Virus record (IMG/VR): IMGVR_UViG_2651869782_000034
Strand: one strand, 5' to 3'
DNA from: a virus
Lineage: Duplodnaviria > Heunggongvirae > Uroviricota > Caudoviricetes
DNA: 48,134 nucleotides
In this document: piece by piece, positions 39,151 through 48,134 of the stretch
How the letters are laid out: every line of letters starts with the position of its first letter
Position numbering within the stretch: the stretch's first letter is position 1
Notes under the pieces: generated by a model
Database searches by the model: none
The model's input: the letters and a program-made list of their open reading frames with translations, nothing else
Told to the model about the DNA's origin: nothing
Position numbers and translations under genes: made by a program

Positions 39151-40317
39151 TTGAAACGCCGTCTTATTATTGCTGCTTCTTTGTTCGTTTTTAATTTATC
39201 GTCTGGTTTTGCGGCGGAAAACATTCCTTTTTCACCTCAGCCTCCAGAGATTCATGCCGGGTCCTGGGTATTGATGGATTACACCACCGGTCAGATTCTC
39301 ACCGCGGGTAATGAGCATCAACAGCGCAATCCCGCCAGCCTGACAAAGCTGATGACGGGCTATGTCGTGGATCGTGCTATCGATAGTCATCGCATTACGC
39401 CAGACGATATTGTCACCGTGGGGCGCGATGCGTGGGCGAAAGATAATCCGGTGTTTGTCGGTTCTTCACTGATGTTTCTGAAAGAGGGCGATCGCGTATC
39501 GGTACGTGATTTAAGCCGTGGTTTAATTGTGGATTCCGGAAATGACGCTTGTGTTGCTCTGGCTGACTATATTGCCGGTGGGCAACGGCAGTTTGTTGAA
39601 ATGATGAACAACTATGCCGAGAAGCTGCATCTCAAGGATACGCATTTTGAAACAGTGCATGGTCTGGATGCACCTGGCCAGCATAGCTCGGCTTATGATT
39701 TAGCTGTGCTTTCTCGCGCTATCATCCACGGCGAGCCCGAGTTTTATCATATGTACAGTGAGAAAAGCCTCACCTGGAACGGTATCACTCAGCAAAACCG
39801 TAACGGGTTATTGTGGGATAAAACCATGAATGTTGACGGCCTGAAAACGGGTCATACTTCTGGTGCCGGGTTTAATCTCATTGCTTCGGCTGTGGATGGG
39901 CAGCGTCGTCTCATTGCAGTGGTAATGGGGGCTGACAGTGCAAAAGGTCGTGAGGAAGAGGCAAGAAAATTACTGCGTTGGGGGCAACAAAACTTTACTA
40001 CGGTGCAAATTTTGCACCGTGGGAAAAAGGTCGGAACGGAACGCATCTGGTATGGCGATAAAGAAAATATCGCCCTGGGAACGGAACAAGAGTTCTGGAT
40101 GGTGCTACCGAAAGCCGAAATTCCACATATCAAAGCCAAATATACCCTTGATGGTAAAGAACTCACCGCGCCAATTAGCGCCCATCAGCGGGTAGGGGAA
40201 ATTGAACTTTATGACCGTGATAAACAGGTGGCGCACTGGCCGCTGGTTACCCTGGAATCTGTCGGGGAAGGCAGCATGTTTTCCCGGCTGAGTGATTATT
40301 TCCACCATAAGGCCTGA
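39151..40317 (+). CDS. dacD: D-alanyl-D-alanine carboxypeptidase DacD (PBP6b)
   Basis: Signal peptide and SxxK, SGN, KTG penicillin-binding motifs; sequence recognised as E. coli DacD; TTG start. Confidence 0.9.
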   Translation: MKRRLIIAASLFVFNLSSGFAAENIPFSPQPPEIHAGSWVLMDYTTGQILTAGNEHQQRNPASLTKLMTGYVVDRAIDSHRITPDDIVTVGRDAWAKDNPVFVGSSLMFLKEGDRVSVRDLSRGLIVDSGNDACVALADYIAGGQRQFVEMMNNYAEKLHLKDTHFETVHGLDAPGQHSSAYDLAVLSRAIIHGEPEFYHMYSEKSLTWNGITQQNRNGLLWDKTMNVDGLKTGHTSGAGFNLIASAVDGQRRLIAVVMGADSAKGREEEARKLLRWGQQNFTTVQILHRGKKVGTERIWYGDKENIALGTEQEFWMVLPKAEIPHIKAKYTLDGKELTAPISAHQRVGEIELYDRDKQVAHWPLVTLESVGEGSMFSRLSDYFHHKA

Positions 40318-40435
40318 CCTTTCTTTTGCAGCAGACTGGCAGGAGTGCGAGTCTGCTCGCATAATCAACACTCATTCCTTGTGGTTTTAATATTGCAACT
40401 ATACTGTATATAAAAACAGTGTTAGTGGAGGCGTT

Positions 40436-40909
40436 ATGAACTACGAGATTAAGCAGGAAGATAAACGTACCGTTGCAGGTTTCCATCTTGTTGGCCCGTG
40501 GGAGCAGACGGTAAAGAAAGGTTTTGAGCAGTTGATGATGTGGATAGATAGCAAAAATATTGTGCCGAAGGAGTGGGTTGCTGTCTATTACGACAATCCG
40601 GATGAAACACCCGCCGAAAAATTACGCTGCGACACCGTCGTGACGGTACCGAATAACTTTACGCTCCCCGAAAACAGTGAGGGCGTCATTCTGACAGAAA
40701 TTTCAGGTGGTCAGTATGCGGTGGCGGTGGCTCGTGTAGTCGGTGATGATTTTGCTAAACCCTGGTATCAGTTCTTTAATAGCCTCTTGCAGGACAGTGC
40801 CTATGAAATGTTACCAAAGCCCTGCTTCGAGGTTTACTTGAACAATGGCGCGGAAGATGGGTACTGGGATATCGAAATGTATGTTGCGGTGCAGCCAAAA
40901 CATCACTAA
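40436..40909 (+). CDS. sbmC: DNA gyrase inhibitor SbmC (GyrI)
   Basis: [39 protein letters not shown] recognised as SbmC. Confidence 0.9.
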   Translation: MNYEIKQEDKRTVAGFHLVGPWEQTVKKGFEQLMMWIDSKNIVPKEWVAVYYDNPDETPAEKLRCDTVVTVPNNFTLPENSEGVILTEISGGQYAVAVARVVGDDFAKPWYQFFNSLLQDSAYEMLPKPCFEVYLNNGAEDGYWDIEMYVAVQPKHH

Positions 40910-41106
40910 TTCATCTCAGGGCGGTGTGTTGACGCGAAGACCACTCTTTTTTTGAAAGTGAAAAGAGTAAGATGCGCCTTTCAATTTTTTCGCTCCTGCC
41001 GGGAAATTACACTGTTCCCGGTTTGTCCGTCGGATAATTCAGAGGCGCGCCTTCTGGCCGACAGATGAGTTATGAGCGCTTTTAATCTTCATTACGGAGT
41101 TTCTGT

Positions 41107-42165
41107 GTGCGTGCCGATAAGTCATTAAGCCCGTTTGAAATCTGGGTATACCGCCATTACCGCATTGTGCATGGTACTCGGGTCGCGCTGGCATTCCTGC
41201 TCACTTTTCTCATTATCCGCCTGTTTACTATCCCGGAAAGCACCTGGCCGCTGGTCACCATGGTGGTGATTATGGGGCCAATCTCGTTCTGGGGGAACGT
41301 TGTCCCTCGTGCCTTCGAACGTATTGGCGGTACGGTGTTGGGTTCGATTTTAGGTCTTATCGCTCTGCAACTGGAGTTAATTTCGTTACCGCTGATGTTA
41401 GTCTGGTGCGCGGCGGCGATGTTTCTTTGCGGTTGGCTGGCGCTGGGCAAGAAACCGTATCAAGGATTATTGATTGGGGTGACGCTGGCAATTGTTGTGG
41501 GTTCCCCGACAGGTGAAATTGATACGGCGTTATGGCGAAGCGGCGATGTGATCCTCGGCTCTTTACTGGCAATGTTGTTTACCGGTATCTGGCCACAACG
41601 CGCGTTCATCCACTGGCGCATTCAACTGGCGAAAAGTCTGACCGAGTATAATCGGGTCTATCAATCGGCATTCTCACCGAACTTACTCGAACGCCCACGT
41701 CTGGAAAGCCATCTACAAAAACTGCTGACCGATGCCGTGAAAATGCGTGGGCTGATTGCGCCCGCCAGCAAAGAAACCCGTATTCCAAAATCGATATATG
41801 AAGGTATCCAGACCATTAATCGCAATCTGGTTTGTATGCTGGAGTTGCAAATCAATGCATACTGGGCCACGCGCCCCAGCCATTTCGTGTTATTGAACGC
41901 GCAAAAACTTCGTGATACCCAGCACATGATGCAGCAAATACTGCTGAGCCTTGTTCATGCGCTGTACGAAGGTAATCCGCAGCCGGTTTTTGCCAATACG
42001 GAAAAATTGAACGATGCTGTGGAAGAGCTGCGTCAGTTGCTGAATAACCACCATGACCTGAAGGTTGTGGAAACACCAATCTATGGTTATGTGTGGCTGA
42101 ACATGGAAACGGCACATCAGCTTGAGTTGCTATCGAGTCTGATTTGCCGGGCCTTGCGCAAATAA
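41107..42165 (+). CDS. yeeA: Inner membrane protein YeeA
   Basis: GTG start; multi-TM N-terminus; recognised as E. coli YeeA. Confidence 0.85.
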   Translation: MRADKSLSPFEIWVYRHYRIVHGTRVALAFLLTFLIIRLFTIPESTWPLVTMVVIMGPISFWGNVVPRAFERIGGTVLGSILGLIALQLELISLPLMLVWCAAAMFLCGWLALGKKPYQGLLIGVTLAIVVGSPTGEIDTALWRSGDVILGSLLAMLFTGIWPQRAFIHWRIQLAKSLTEYNRVYQSAFSPNLLERPRLESHLQKLLTDAVKMRGLIAPASKETRIPKSIYEGIQTINRNLVCMLELQINAYWATRPSHFVLLNAQKLRDTQHMMQQILLSLVHALYEGNPQPVFANTEKLNDAVEELRQLLNNHHDLKVVETPIYGYVWLNMETAHQLELLSSLICRALRK

Positions 42166-42336
42166 TTCCTGAACTTCAGAATCATCTTGCTGCTGCTTCG
42201 ATTCAGCAAGGATAAAGGGTATGATAGTGAAAAGGGATAAAAGCATTGTCATCTGCGGCAGCTATGAGTAATGTTGGCCCTAACGAATAGCGGTTGCTTA
42301 AACGAATCCGACTCTCACATTATCAGGGGTATAAAA

Positions 42337-42666
42337 ATGGAAACTACCAAGCCTTCATTCCAGGACGTACTGGAATTTGTTCGTCTGTTCCGTCGTAAGA
42401 ACAAACTGCAACGTGAAATTCAGGACGTTGAGAAAAAGATCCGTGACAACCAGAAGCGCGTCCTGTTGCTGGACAACCTGAGCGATTACATCAAGCCAGG
42501 GATGAGCGTTGAAGCAATCCAGGGCATCATCGCCAGCATGAAAGGTGACTATGAAGATCGCGTTGACGATTACATCATCAAAAATGCCGAGCTCTCCAAA
42601 GAACGCCGCGATATCTCCAAAAAGCTGAAAGCTATGGGCGAAATGAAAAACGGCGAAGCGAAGTAA
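42337..42666 (+). CDS. yeeX: YeeX (DUF496)
   Basis: [41 protein letters not shown] recognised as YeeX. Confidence 0.8.
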   Translation: METTKPSFQDVLEFVRLFRRKNKLQREIQDVEKKIRDNQKRVLLLDNLSDYIKPGMSVEAIQGIIASMKGDYEDRVDDYIIKNAELSKERRDISKKLKAMGEMKNGEAK

Positions 42667-42766
42667 TTCCTGTTTTATTCAATGAGGGTTGCCCGGCAAC
42701 CCTCAGTGCTCATTGATTCTTATCTGTGTATCACCGTCATCATTCTCATCTGAGAACCTATCGAAA

Positions 42767-42960
42767 TTAGCGACAGCCTTCTTCTGTATGCAGCAAGGCA
42801 AAAAGTTCTGTAACTCCATTGTTATTAACCGCACTGGTTACTAACACGTTGTGCGCTCCAGCTTCCCGTAACCAACATTTCACCAAAGATGTTTGTTCCA
42901 TACTGGCTAAATCTGCTTTGGTTACTACTCCAATGACCGGGTGATTCATGGCCCGGTAGG
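42767..42960 (-). pseudogene. C-terminal fragment of YeeP/YfjP-like GTPase
   Basis: PVIGVVTKADLA...AGAHNVLVTSAVNNNGVTELFALLHTE resembles GTPase C-terminus; no N-terminus; abuts IS66 remnant. Confidence 0.35.
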
Positions 42961-43019
42961 GCGTTTTTACCTCTAATTCCTGCTTCAGCGCTGAGATTCC
43001 TGCTTGTTGCCGGAAAAGC

Positions 43020-43187
43020 AGGCACCTGCCGTCTGAACGGTATCGATCCGGAAGCGTATCTGCGCCATATTCTGAGCATACTGCCGGAATGGCCCTCCAA
43101 CCGTGTTGACGAACTCCTGCCATGGAACGTAGTTCTCACCAATAAATAAGCGTCAATACGGTGCTCCGTTGACGCTTACTTTAATCC
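43020..43187 (+). mobile_element. IS66-family remnant: transposase 3' end plus terminal inverted repeat
   Basis: Encodes CRLNGIDPEAYLRHILSILPEWPSNRVDELLPWN; followed by GCGTCAATACGGTGCTCCGTTGACGCTTAC (reverse complement starts GTAAGCG). Confidence 0.55.
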
Positions 43188-43563
43188 GTTTTCTGAGCTT
43201 AGATTTTTCTGTTCCTACCCAGACCGTGGATTTGGAATTCATTTTTTGTCAGGTCAATGCTAATCGTTAAAACGGCCATAACGCACCTCCACTGGAAGGT
43301 TTATCAGTAATATCCTACCGTTGCTTCATGGTCGGGGCGTCCATTCCATTATTATCGGTTTTCCTTTCTGTTTATAAATGAAAACGCCAGCTGTATTCAG
43401 GCTGGCGTCAGGGGAAATGAAGCCTGTTGAGTGAGATTCACCGGTTCTGGTGCAGAAGCTGCAGATGGCGCAGGGTAAGGACATCTTCTCTTGCCTGCTT
43501 AATACAGGACAACAGTGCTGTTTCTGTGGTTAATGGCACTATACCCTGCATCACTGCATTGTC

Positions 43564-43758
43564 TTACAGCAACTGGTGAGGGCTGGCATAAGTTGCCGGT
43601 GTTTCGGTAGAGTCACGGTCATCCACCACGCGGAGTGAATAACCGTTTTCAGCGGCCTTATTAATCAGTTCAGTGATATTAACACCATCAATGTCAACGA
43701 CAATGTGCCCCATATCCAGCGCCTGTACGTTAACGCTGTCGGCTTCCAGTGTCATCAT
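43564..43758 (-). CDS. yeeW: YeeW
   Basis: 64-aa ORF recognised as CP4-44 YeeW; immediately downstream of cbtA. Confidence 0.65.
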   Translation of the reverse strand: MMTLEADSVNVQALDMGHIVVDIDGVNITELINKAAENGYSLRVVDDRDSTETPATYASPHQLL

Positions 43759-44128
43759 TTCGCCTCCGGATACTTACCCAGGGTAATGTTATTTACCGTT
43801 CTGTAATTGTCGCGGGTCATCAGGCCGGTCGCCCTGCGAGCCCGGAGGATATCGATGCTGTTTATTAACTGAGAGCGGGTACAGGCGCTGAATCCCGGCT
43901 GGTCGGTAGCACCAGCGCGTATTTTTCCACGAGAAAGTTCACCGCATCACACAGTGAAATGCCTGCCTCAATATGCTGCTCAATCACACGTTCATCGGCA
44001 AAAGGTGTGTCATTCTGTGTGAGGCCATAGTGCTGGTCCAGCAGTCGGGACAGCAGTATCTGCCAGATTTCAACAGGAGACGGGCGAGAACTGGCCGCCT
44101 GCCCGGGTAATACAGGTAATGTTTTCAT
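43759..44128 (-). pseudogene. cbtA: cbtA (yeeV) toxin gene with frameshift
   Basis: N-terminal 73 aa match CbtA then frame is lost ([11 protein letters not shown]); C-terminal TRDNYRTVNNITLGKYPEAK is present in another frame at 43759-43815. Confidence 0.6.
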
Positions 44129-44216
44129 ACTGAAGATTTTCCTGATATGCAGATATAAAAATGGAAAAGTGGCGTGGTGAAAACACCAGGCCGTAGCAGA
44201 AGGCTATTCTGGAGAG

Positions 44217-44585
44217 TTAATTTTTCATTTCGGGCGTCGGATAAACAGCCAGATAAACGTAACCACAACTGCTGAGGGTATCGGCTTTGCAGGTCAGCCC
44301 TTTTGCATACAGCGTGACGGTATGCTGATGGCGGGGATTCAGTTCACCGCTGGTGAGCATGAGTTCCAGTTGTTTCATCAGCAGCGGAAAGGCCTGGTCC
44401 AGGTGGTACGCATCTGCATCGCTGAACAGGCCTCTGATACCGGCGCGGTCGGCAAGGTAATGCAACCGGTTACCCTCCTGCACCAGACGTGCCCCGAAAC
44501 AGGGCGTCACGGTGCAGGGCAGCCCCCACCAGGGGCGGTCGTGATTGTCGTCGGGAAGTGTTGTCCCGGGGAGTGTGTCTGACAC
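44217..44585 (-). CDS. cbeA: CbeA (YeeU) antitoxin
   Basis: 122-aa ORF recognised as CbeA. Confidence 0.85.
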   Translation of the reverse strand: MSDTLPGTTLPDDNHDRPWWGLPCTVTPCFGARLVQEGNRLHYLADRAGIRGLFSDADAYHLDQAFPLLMKQLELMLTSGELNPRHQHTVTLYAKGLTCKADTLSSCGYVYLAVYPTPEMKN

Positions 44586-44658
44586 GATAAAATCCTTACA
44601 GAAAATCGGCTAAGAATGGTCCGGTAGTGGCGATAATTCTGCTCATCAGAATTCCCAC

Positions 44659-44880
44659 TCAGTTCAGGGTGACGCTCATCAGCCGGACATACGGACCAAA
44701 ACTGTCCTTACGGCGTTCAGCAAACACGGCCAGCACACCGGGAATATCCTGCACTTCACGACCGGTATACGCTTCAGCACTGCCGTGCCAGCGGTATTTA
44801 CCGGTACAGAACGGAAAAAGACGGGATGTCGGATGTTGTTGGTGAATACGCATGGCTTCACCACGGGTGATAATTTTCAT
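44659..44880 (-). CDS. yeeT: YeeT (DUF987)
   Basis: 73-aa ORF recognised as YeeT. Confidence 0.8.
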   Translation of the reverse strand: MKIITRGEAMRIHQQHPTSRLFPFCTGKYRWHGSAEAYTGREVQDIPGVLAVFAERRKDSFGPYVRLMSVTLN

Positions 44881-44942
44881 AATGGGATACCTCTGAAGAC
44901 AGAAGATAAAAGTGAAAACAGGTGTGATGTGGTTGTGAAGGG

Positions 44943-45419
44943 TTAAAGCAGACCATGTTCGGCAAAGGAGAAAACCTGGTTGCCACCGACTATCAGATGG
45001 TCCGGCACCCGGATATCCACCAGGCCCAGTGCCTGTACCAGACGTTCGGTGATAAGCCGGTCTGCCTTACTGGGTGTGACTTCACCGGACGGGTGATTGT
45101 GTGCCAGTACCACGGCAGCGGCATTGTGGTACAGGGCGCGTTTAATCACTTCCCGGGGATGGACTTCCGTGCGGTTGATGGTGCCGGTGAAGAGGGTTTC
45201 ACCGGCAATCAGCTGATTCTGGTTGTTCAGATACAGCACCCGGAATTCTTCACGCTCCAGTCCCGCCATGTTCAGAATCAGCCATTCCCGTGCTGCACGG
45301 GTGGAGGTGAAGGCCACGCCGGGTTCATGAAGATGGCGGTCCAGGGTTTTCAGGGCCCGTTGAATGAGGCTGCGCTCGCCGGGCGTCATCTCTCCGGGCA
45401 GAAAGGAAAGTTGTTGCAT
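44943..45419 (-). CDS. yeeS: YeeS, RadC-like JAB-domain protein
   Basis: JAMM-like motif HNHPSGEVTPSKAD; start MQQLSFLPGE. Confidence 0.8.
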   Translation of the reverse strand: MQQLSFLPGEMTPGERSLIQRALKTLDRHLHEPGVAFTSTRAAREWLILNMAGLEREEFRVLYLNNQNQLIAGETLFTGTINRTEVHPREVIKRALYHNAAAVVLAHNHPSGEVTPSKADRLITERLVQALGLVDIRVPDHLIVGGNQVFSFAEHGLL

Positions 45420-45434
45420 TGTGCTTCTCTCCAT

Positions 45435-45914
45435 TCAGTCGATGATGCGCATAATGGCGCTGCATTCCGGATGCTGCAGGGCGTAATCCCGCAACCGGTA
45501 ATAATGAACCGTCATGGCATAATTCTCCGTACGACAGGCATGATGACTGTACGTCATCAGACAGGCGGTAATACCGGCGGCTTCCGGGCTCATTTCTGCG
45601 CGGTTACCGTTCATGGCATTGAACAGTACCCATGTTTCGTCATCATCATCATCCGGTTCGGGTGCCATAAATGCCCCGCCGTTGTTCAGGGTGTACAGAT
45701 TCCAGATACCACCGCAGTAGTCTTCGCACAGACGGTCCATCCAGCCGAAGACACGGGGCTCCAGGGTCACCCACTGTGGAATGAGGCCAAAATGCTGCGG
45801 CCAGAAGCTGATGCGCTGTTCATCAGGGACGAGGCTGGCAACCAACTGAGGCGGATTATTCTCTGGTGTTGTAGCTGAATAAATTGTGGGGGTATTCTGA
45901 GAAACGGTTTTCAT
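45435..45914 (-). CDS. Antirestriction protein (ArdB/KlcA-like)
   Basis: 159-aa acidic protein in the usual position upstream of radC-like gene in CP4 elements. Confidence 0.65.
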   Translation of the reverse strand: MKTVSQNTPTIYSATTPENNPPQLVASLVPDEQRISFWPQHFGLIPQWVTLEPRVFGWMDRLCEDYCGGIWNLYTLNNGGAFMAPEPDDDDDETWVLFNAMNGNRAEMSPEAAGITACLMTYSHHACRTENYAMTVHYYRLRDYALQHPECSAIMRIID

Positions 45915-45995
45915 GAGATAACTCCTTAAATAACAAATAAATGTGTGTTTTTCAGGAACGAAAGCTGAATGATTCCCTCACTCAGGGAAACGGCA

Positions 45996-46814
45996 TCAGC
46001 GCAGGCTCTCCAGCATCGTTTCTGCCATCACCCACAATGCGCGATTGAGCTTAATGTCGGTATCAATGCTGTGAATGGCCCGGGTATGGATACGTTTTCC
46101 TTTTGCACTGCGACCGGAAATCCCGCCTTTCAGCATATTCTCCTGGATGGTCTGATATGCGCTCCACAGGTCCTTACCGTAATCCTCCCGGCGTCGCGGC
46201 GTCAGAATGTCGGCGGTGGTGACGGGCTGATGTTCGTCACCATAACGGTAAGTCAGTGCCGCCTGTGCCAGCGCCTGGCGTGCCGGTGGCGGCAGGACCA
46301 GCGACTGCATGGCATCACGCTTCTCCTCTATCCGGTCAAACACGCCCACCACCTCGTAAGCCCCTTCGATAACTTTCTCCACTACATTTCCCCGGTGTGG
46401 AACACGCACTTCCCCCAGAGACTGGCCACAGACGCCCCCGTTCTGGCAGACGAACCTGAAGTAACCCGGCAGCATCTGGTAGCTGGAGGTACCGTCATGA
46501 GAGTTGAGCAGAATAATTTCAGGGACATGTTCTCCGTTTATCTCTCCGGCCCGCCGCAGACGCAGCATGTGTTTTGTGTATCCCCGGCGGCCCGGGTCGC
46601 GCACACGGGTCTGGCAGGCGAAGAACGGCTGAAAGCCTTCCCGCTGCAGATTTTCCAGGACGGTAATGGTGGGAATGTACGCATACCGTTCACTGCGGGA
46701 GGTATGCCGGTCTTCCCCAAAAATACTGGGTACATAGTGCATCAGTTCTTCGTGTGTCAGCGGACGGTCACGGCGTATCTGGTTTACATGACCAAAACGA
46801 CTTGCTAATCGCAT
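45996..46814 (-). CDS. DUF932-family protein
   Basis: 272-aa ORF in the position of DUF932 genes of CP4-type elements. Confidence 0.6.
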   Translation of the reverse strand: MRLASRFGHVNQIRRDRPLTHEELMHYVPSIFGEDRHTSRSERYAYIPTITVLENLQREGFQPFFACQTRVRDPGRRGYTKHMLRLRRAGEINGEHVPEIILLNSHDGTSSYQMLPGYFRFVCQNGGVCGQSLGEVRVPHRGNVVEKVIEGAYEVVGVFDRIEEKRDAMQSLVLPPPARQALAQAALTYRYGDEHQPVTTADILTPRRREDYGKDLWSAYQTIQENMLKGGISGRSAKGKRIHTRAIHSIDTDIKLNRALWVMAETMLESLR

Positions 46815-47024
46815 GATTTGCTCCTTATGAATGAGTTAGCGGTATAAATGAAAAAGCTGCGTCTCCCGGAGAAGACGCGGCCTGACGGGTGAAATGAATA
46901 AGGTTTATTGTCTGAGAGGCCTTTCACTGGCGAGCCACGCATTAAGCGGCTTTCCGGTAACAATGGCTGGGGCTGTATTTACCTTTGATATTAATAATGT
47001 GCAGAGAAACGCATGGTTTACTCC

Positions 47025-47435
47025 TTAGATTTTAAGTTTGTCCTGGGCTACAACGACAGGTTTTCCGGATGTGTCGATGACTCCTACCGTCGGTACGCCA
47101 TTTTTGATTTCGAAGAACGGTTTGTTGCTACCTGAGCACAGTTGATTGTCCCCGTATTCAATCATTTGTGCTTTCCCGGTTTTCAGGTTAACTACCGAGA
47201 CAGTGTAGTCGTAGCACCAGGCACCACCACGTTCAAGCACGAAAACATAGCTGTTATCTTTATAGTTGAACTGATTCTTTGTCTGGCAATTCATACCGTC
47301 AATTTCGGTACAGGAAAACGCTTCTGTAGTATTAACGTATTTGATGTTATTTGGCAGTTTTACTTGTTTCGCAGTAGCGAAGACAGAGAACAGAATAGTT
47401 ACAGCAACGAGTAAAGTTTTGATAAAAGTTTTCAT
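47025..47435 (-). CDS. Secreted hypothetical protein
   Basis: Signal peptide MKTFIKTLLVAVTILFSVFATA; four Cys. Confidence 0.5.
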   Translation of the reverse strand: MKTFIKTLLVAVTILFSVFATAKQVKLPNNIKYVNTTEAFSCTEIDGMNCQTKNQFNYKDNSYVFVLERGGAWCYDYTVSVVNLKTGKAQMIEYGDNQLCSGSNKPFFEIKNGVPTVGVIDTSGKPVVVAQDKLKI

Positions 47436-47450
47436 GATAGACTCCTTAAA

Positions 47451-48134
47451 TTAGTTAACCGCAGCTACGTAGTTTTTCACCAGATACGCGAATTCATGCA
47501 CGCCAATTTCACCGAACCAAACCAGGTAGGCCGGGTCATCTAAACCAAAGTAACGGTAGCCAACAACTTCATGGGTTTTTGGGTTATAGAGTGTTACGAT
47601 AAAGTCCCAGCCGCAGGTATTGGCTTTGCAACCGTCGCCCTGGAACCAGACTGTACCGTTAATGTTTACTGGCGTGATACCTCCACCAGGGCCATCCATA
47701 TAGCCGCCTTTACCGAACATGCCGCTCAGTCCGACCGGTTTTAATGCTTTGTCGATAGCGGCTTTGTAGGTAGCGTCACCTTCGTACAACTCGTACGTTG
47801 ATGGACACGCTCCAGGTTGTTCAGCCCAGGCTTCTGGGTTACAACTAAGAGCTTGTTTTACGGTAGCCGCTTCTGCGTTAAAGTTAAAGCCCGTGAACAG
47901 AACCGCCAGAAATAACATAAGGGTATGTAAACGTTTCATTGTAAATATTCTTCCGTTGTAAATGGCGCTGGAAAATTTCTCATCAGTGAAACCTTCCGGA
48001 AGTTTCCCCCCCTTGTATGATGTATATCGCCAGTATTTTATTTCATCCCGGCTGTAATTTTTATATTCCCCGGCACGTGCAATAACGCTGACCAGAGATA
48101 TAAGGCTCATTAATAACTTTACAGGTAATTTCAT
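47451..48134 (-). CDS. Secreted hypothetical protein (start uncertain: ATG 48134 at window edge or internal ATG 47936)
   Basis: ORF begins at the last base of the window; internal MKRLHTLMLFLAVLFTGFNFNAEA is a second signal-peptide-like segment. Confidence 0.4.
   Translation of the reverse strand: MKLPVKLLMSLISLVSVIARAGEYKNYSRDEIKYWRYTSYKGGKLPEGFTDEKFSSAIYNGRIFTMKRLHTLMLFLAVLFTGFNFNAEAATVKQALSCNPEAWAEQPGACPSTYELYEGDATYKAAIDKALKPVGLSGMFGKGGYMDGPGGGITPVNINGTVWFQGDGCKANTCGWDFIVTLYNPKTHEVVGYRYFGLDDPAYLVWFGEIGVHEFAYLVKNYVAAVN

Larger units (their letters stand above)
42700..48134. mobile_element. CP4-44-like cryptic prophage / integrative element remnant (continues beyond window)
   Basis: yeeW, cbtA/cbeA, yeeT, yeeS, antirestriction, DUF932 genes on minus strand plus IS66 remnant. 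Confidence 0.7.

Noticed and set aside
42825-43142. 105-aa minus-strand ORF
   Set aside because: It runs antisense across the IS66 transposase fragment and has no start context; a chimeric artefact of the remnant region.
44955-46808. Plus-strand ORFs 44955..45878 (307 aa) and 45969..46808 (279 aa)
   Set aside because: Antisense to yeeS, the antirestriction gene and the DUF932 gene, all of which have recognisable family features; Gly/Arg-rich composition typical of antisense GC-rich frames.
47451-47936. Ivy-like lysozyme inhibitor assignment for the last ORF
   Set aside because: The sequence has a signal peptide and Cys pair but does not match the Ivy CKPHDC loop or overall sequence; left as hypothetical.

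Overview
The window holds most of one mosaic lambdoid prophage (about 1..38520), then host genes dacD-sbmC-yeeA-yeeX (39151..42666), then a CP4-44-like cryptic-element remnant (42700..48134). All calls come from reading the sequence and the ORF track by eye; no search or folding program was run. The prophage combines lambda-type regulatory and lysis genes (N with nutL, cIII, cro/cII with nutR, ninB/E/F/G/H/I, S-R-Rz/Rz1, and a cI whose C-terminal half is lambda-type but whose N-terminal DNA-binding half and operators are not) with a P22/Sf6-type replication and virion module (DnaB-like helicase, terminase, portal, scaffold, coat, gp4/10/26, ejection proteins, immI mnt-arc-ant, tailspike). The integrase and attL lie left of the window; the right end is somewhere in 38428..39150. 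The most unusual content is in the lysogen-expressed moron region between the ejection genes and the tailspike: an Mnt repressor translationally coupled to a Clp-fold serine protease, and a divergent membrane-protein / 330-aa protein pair sharing four copies of an ATGCAAGCAT operator-like motif. Other notable items are an HNH-AP2 homing endonuclease inserted into ninF, two tRNA genes between Q and the holin, a chimeric tailspike, and a frameshifted cbtA toxin gene.
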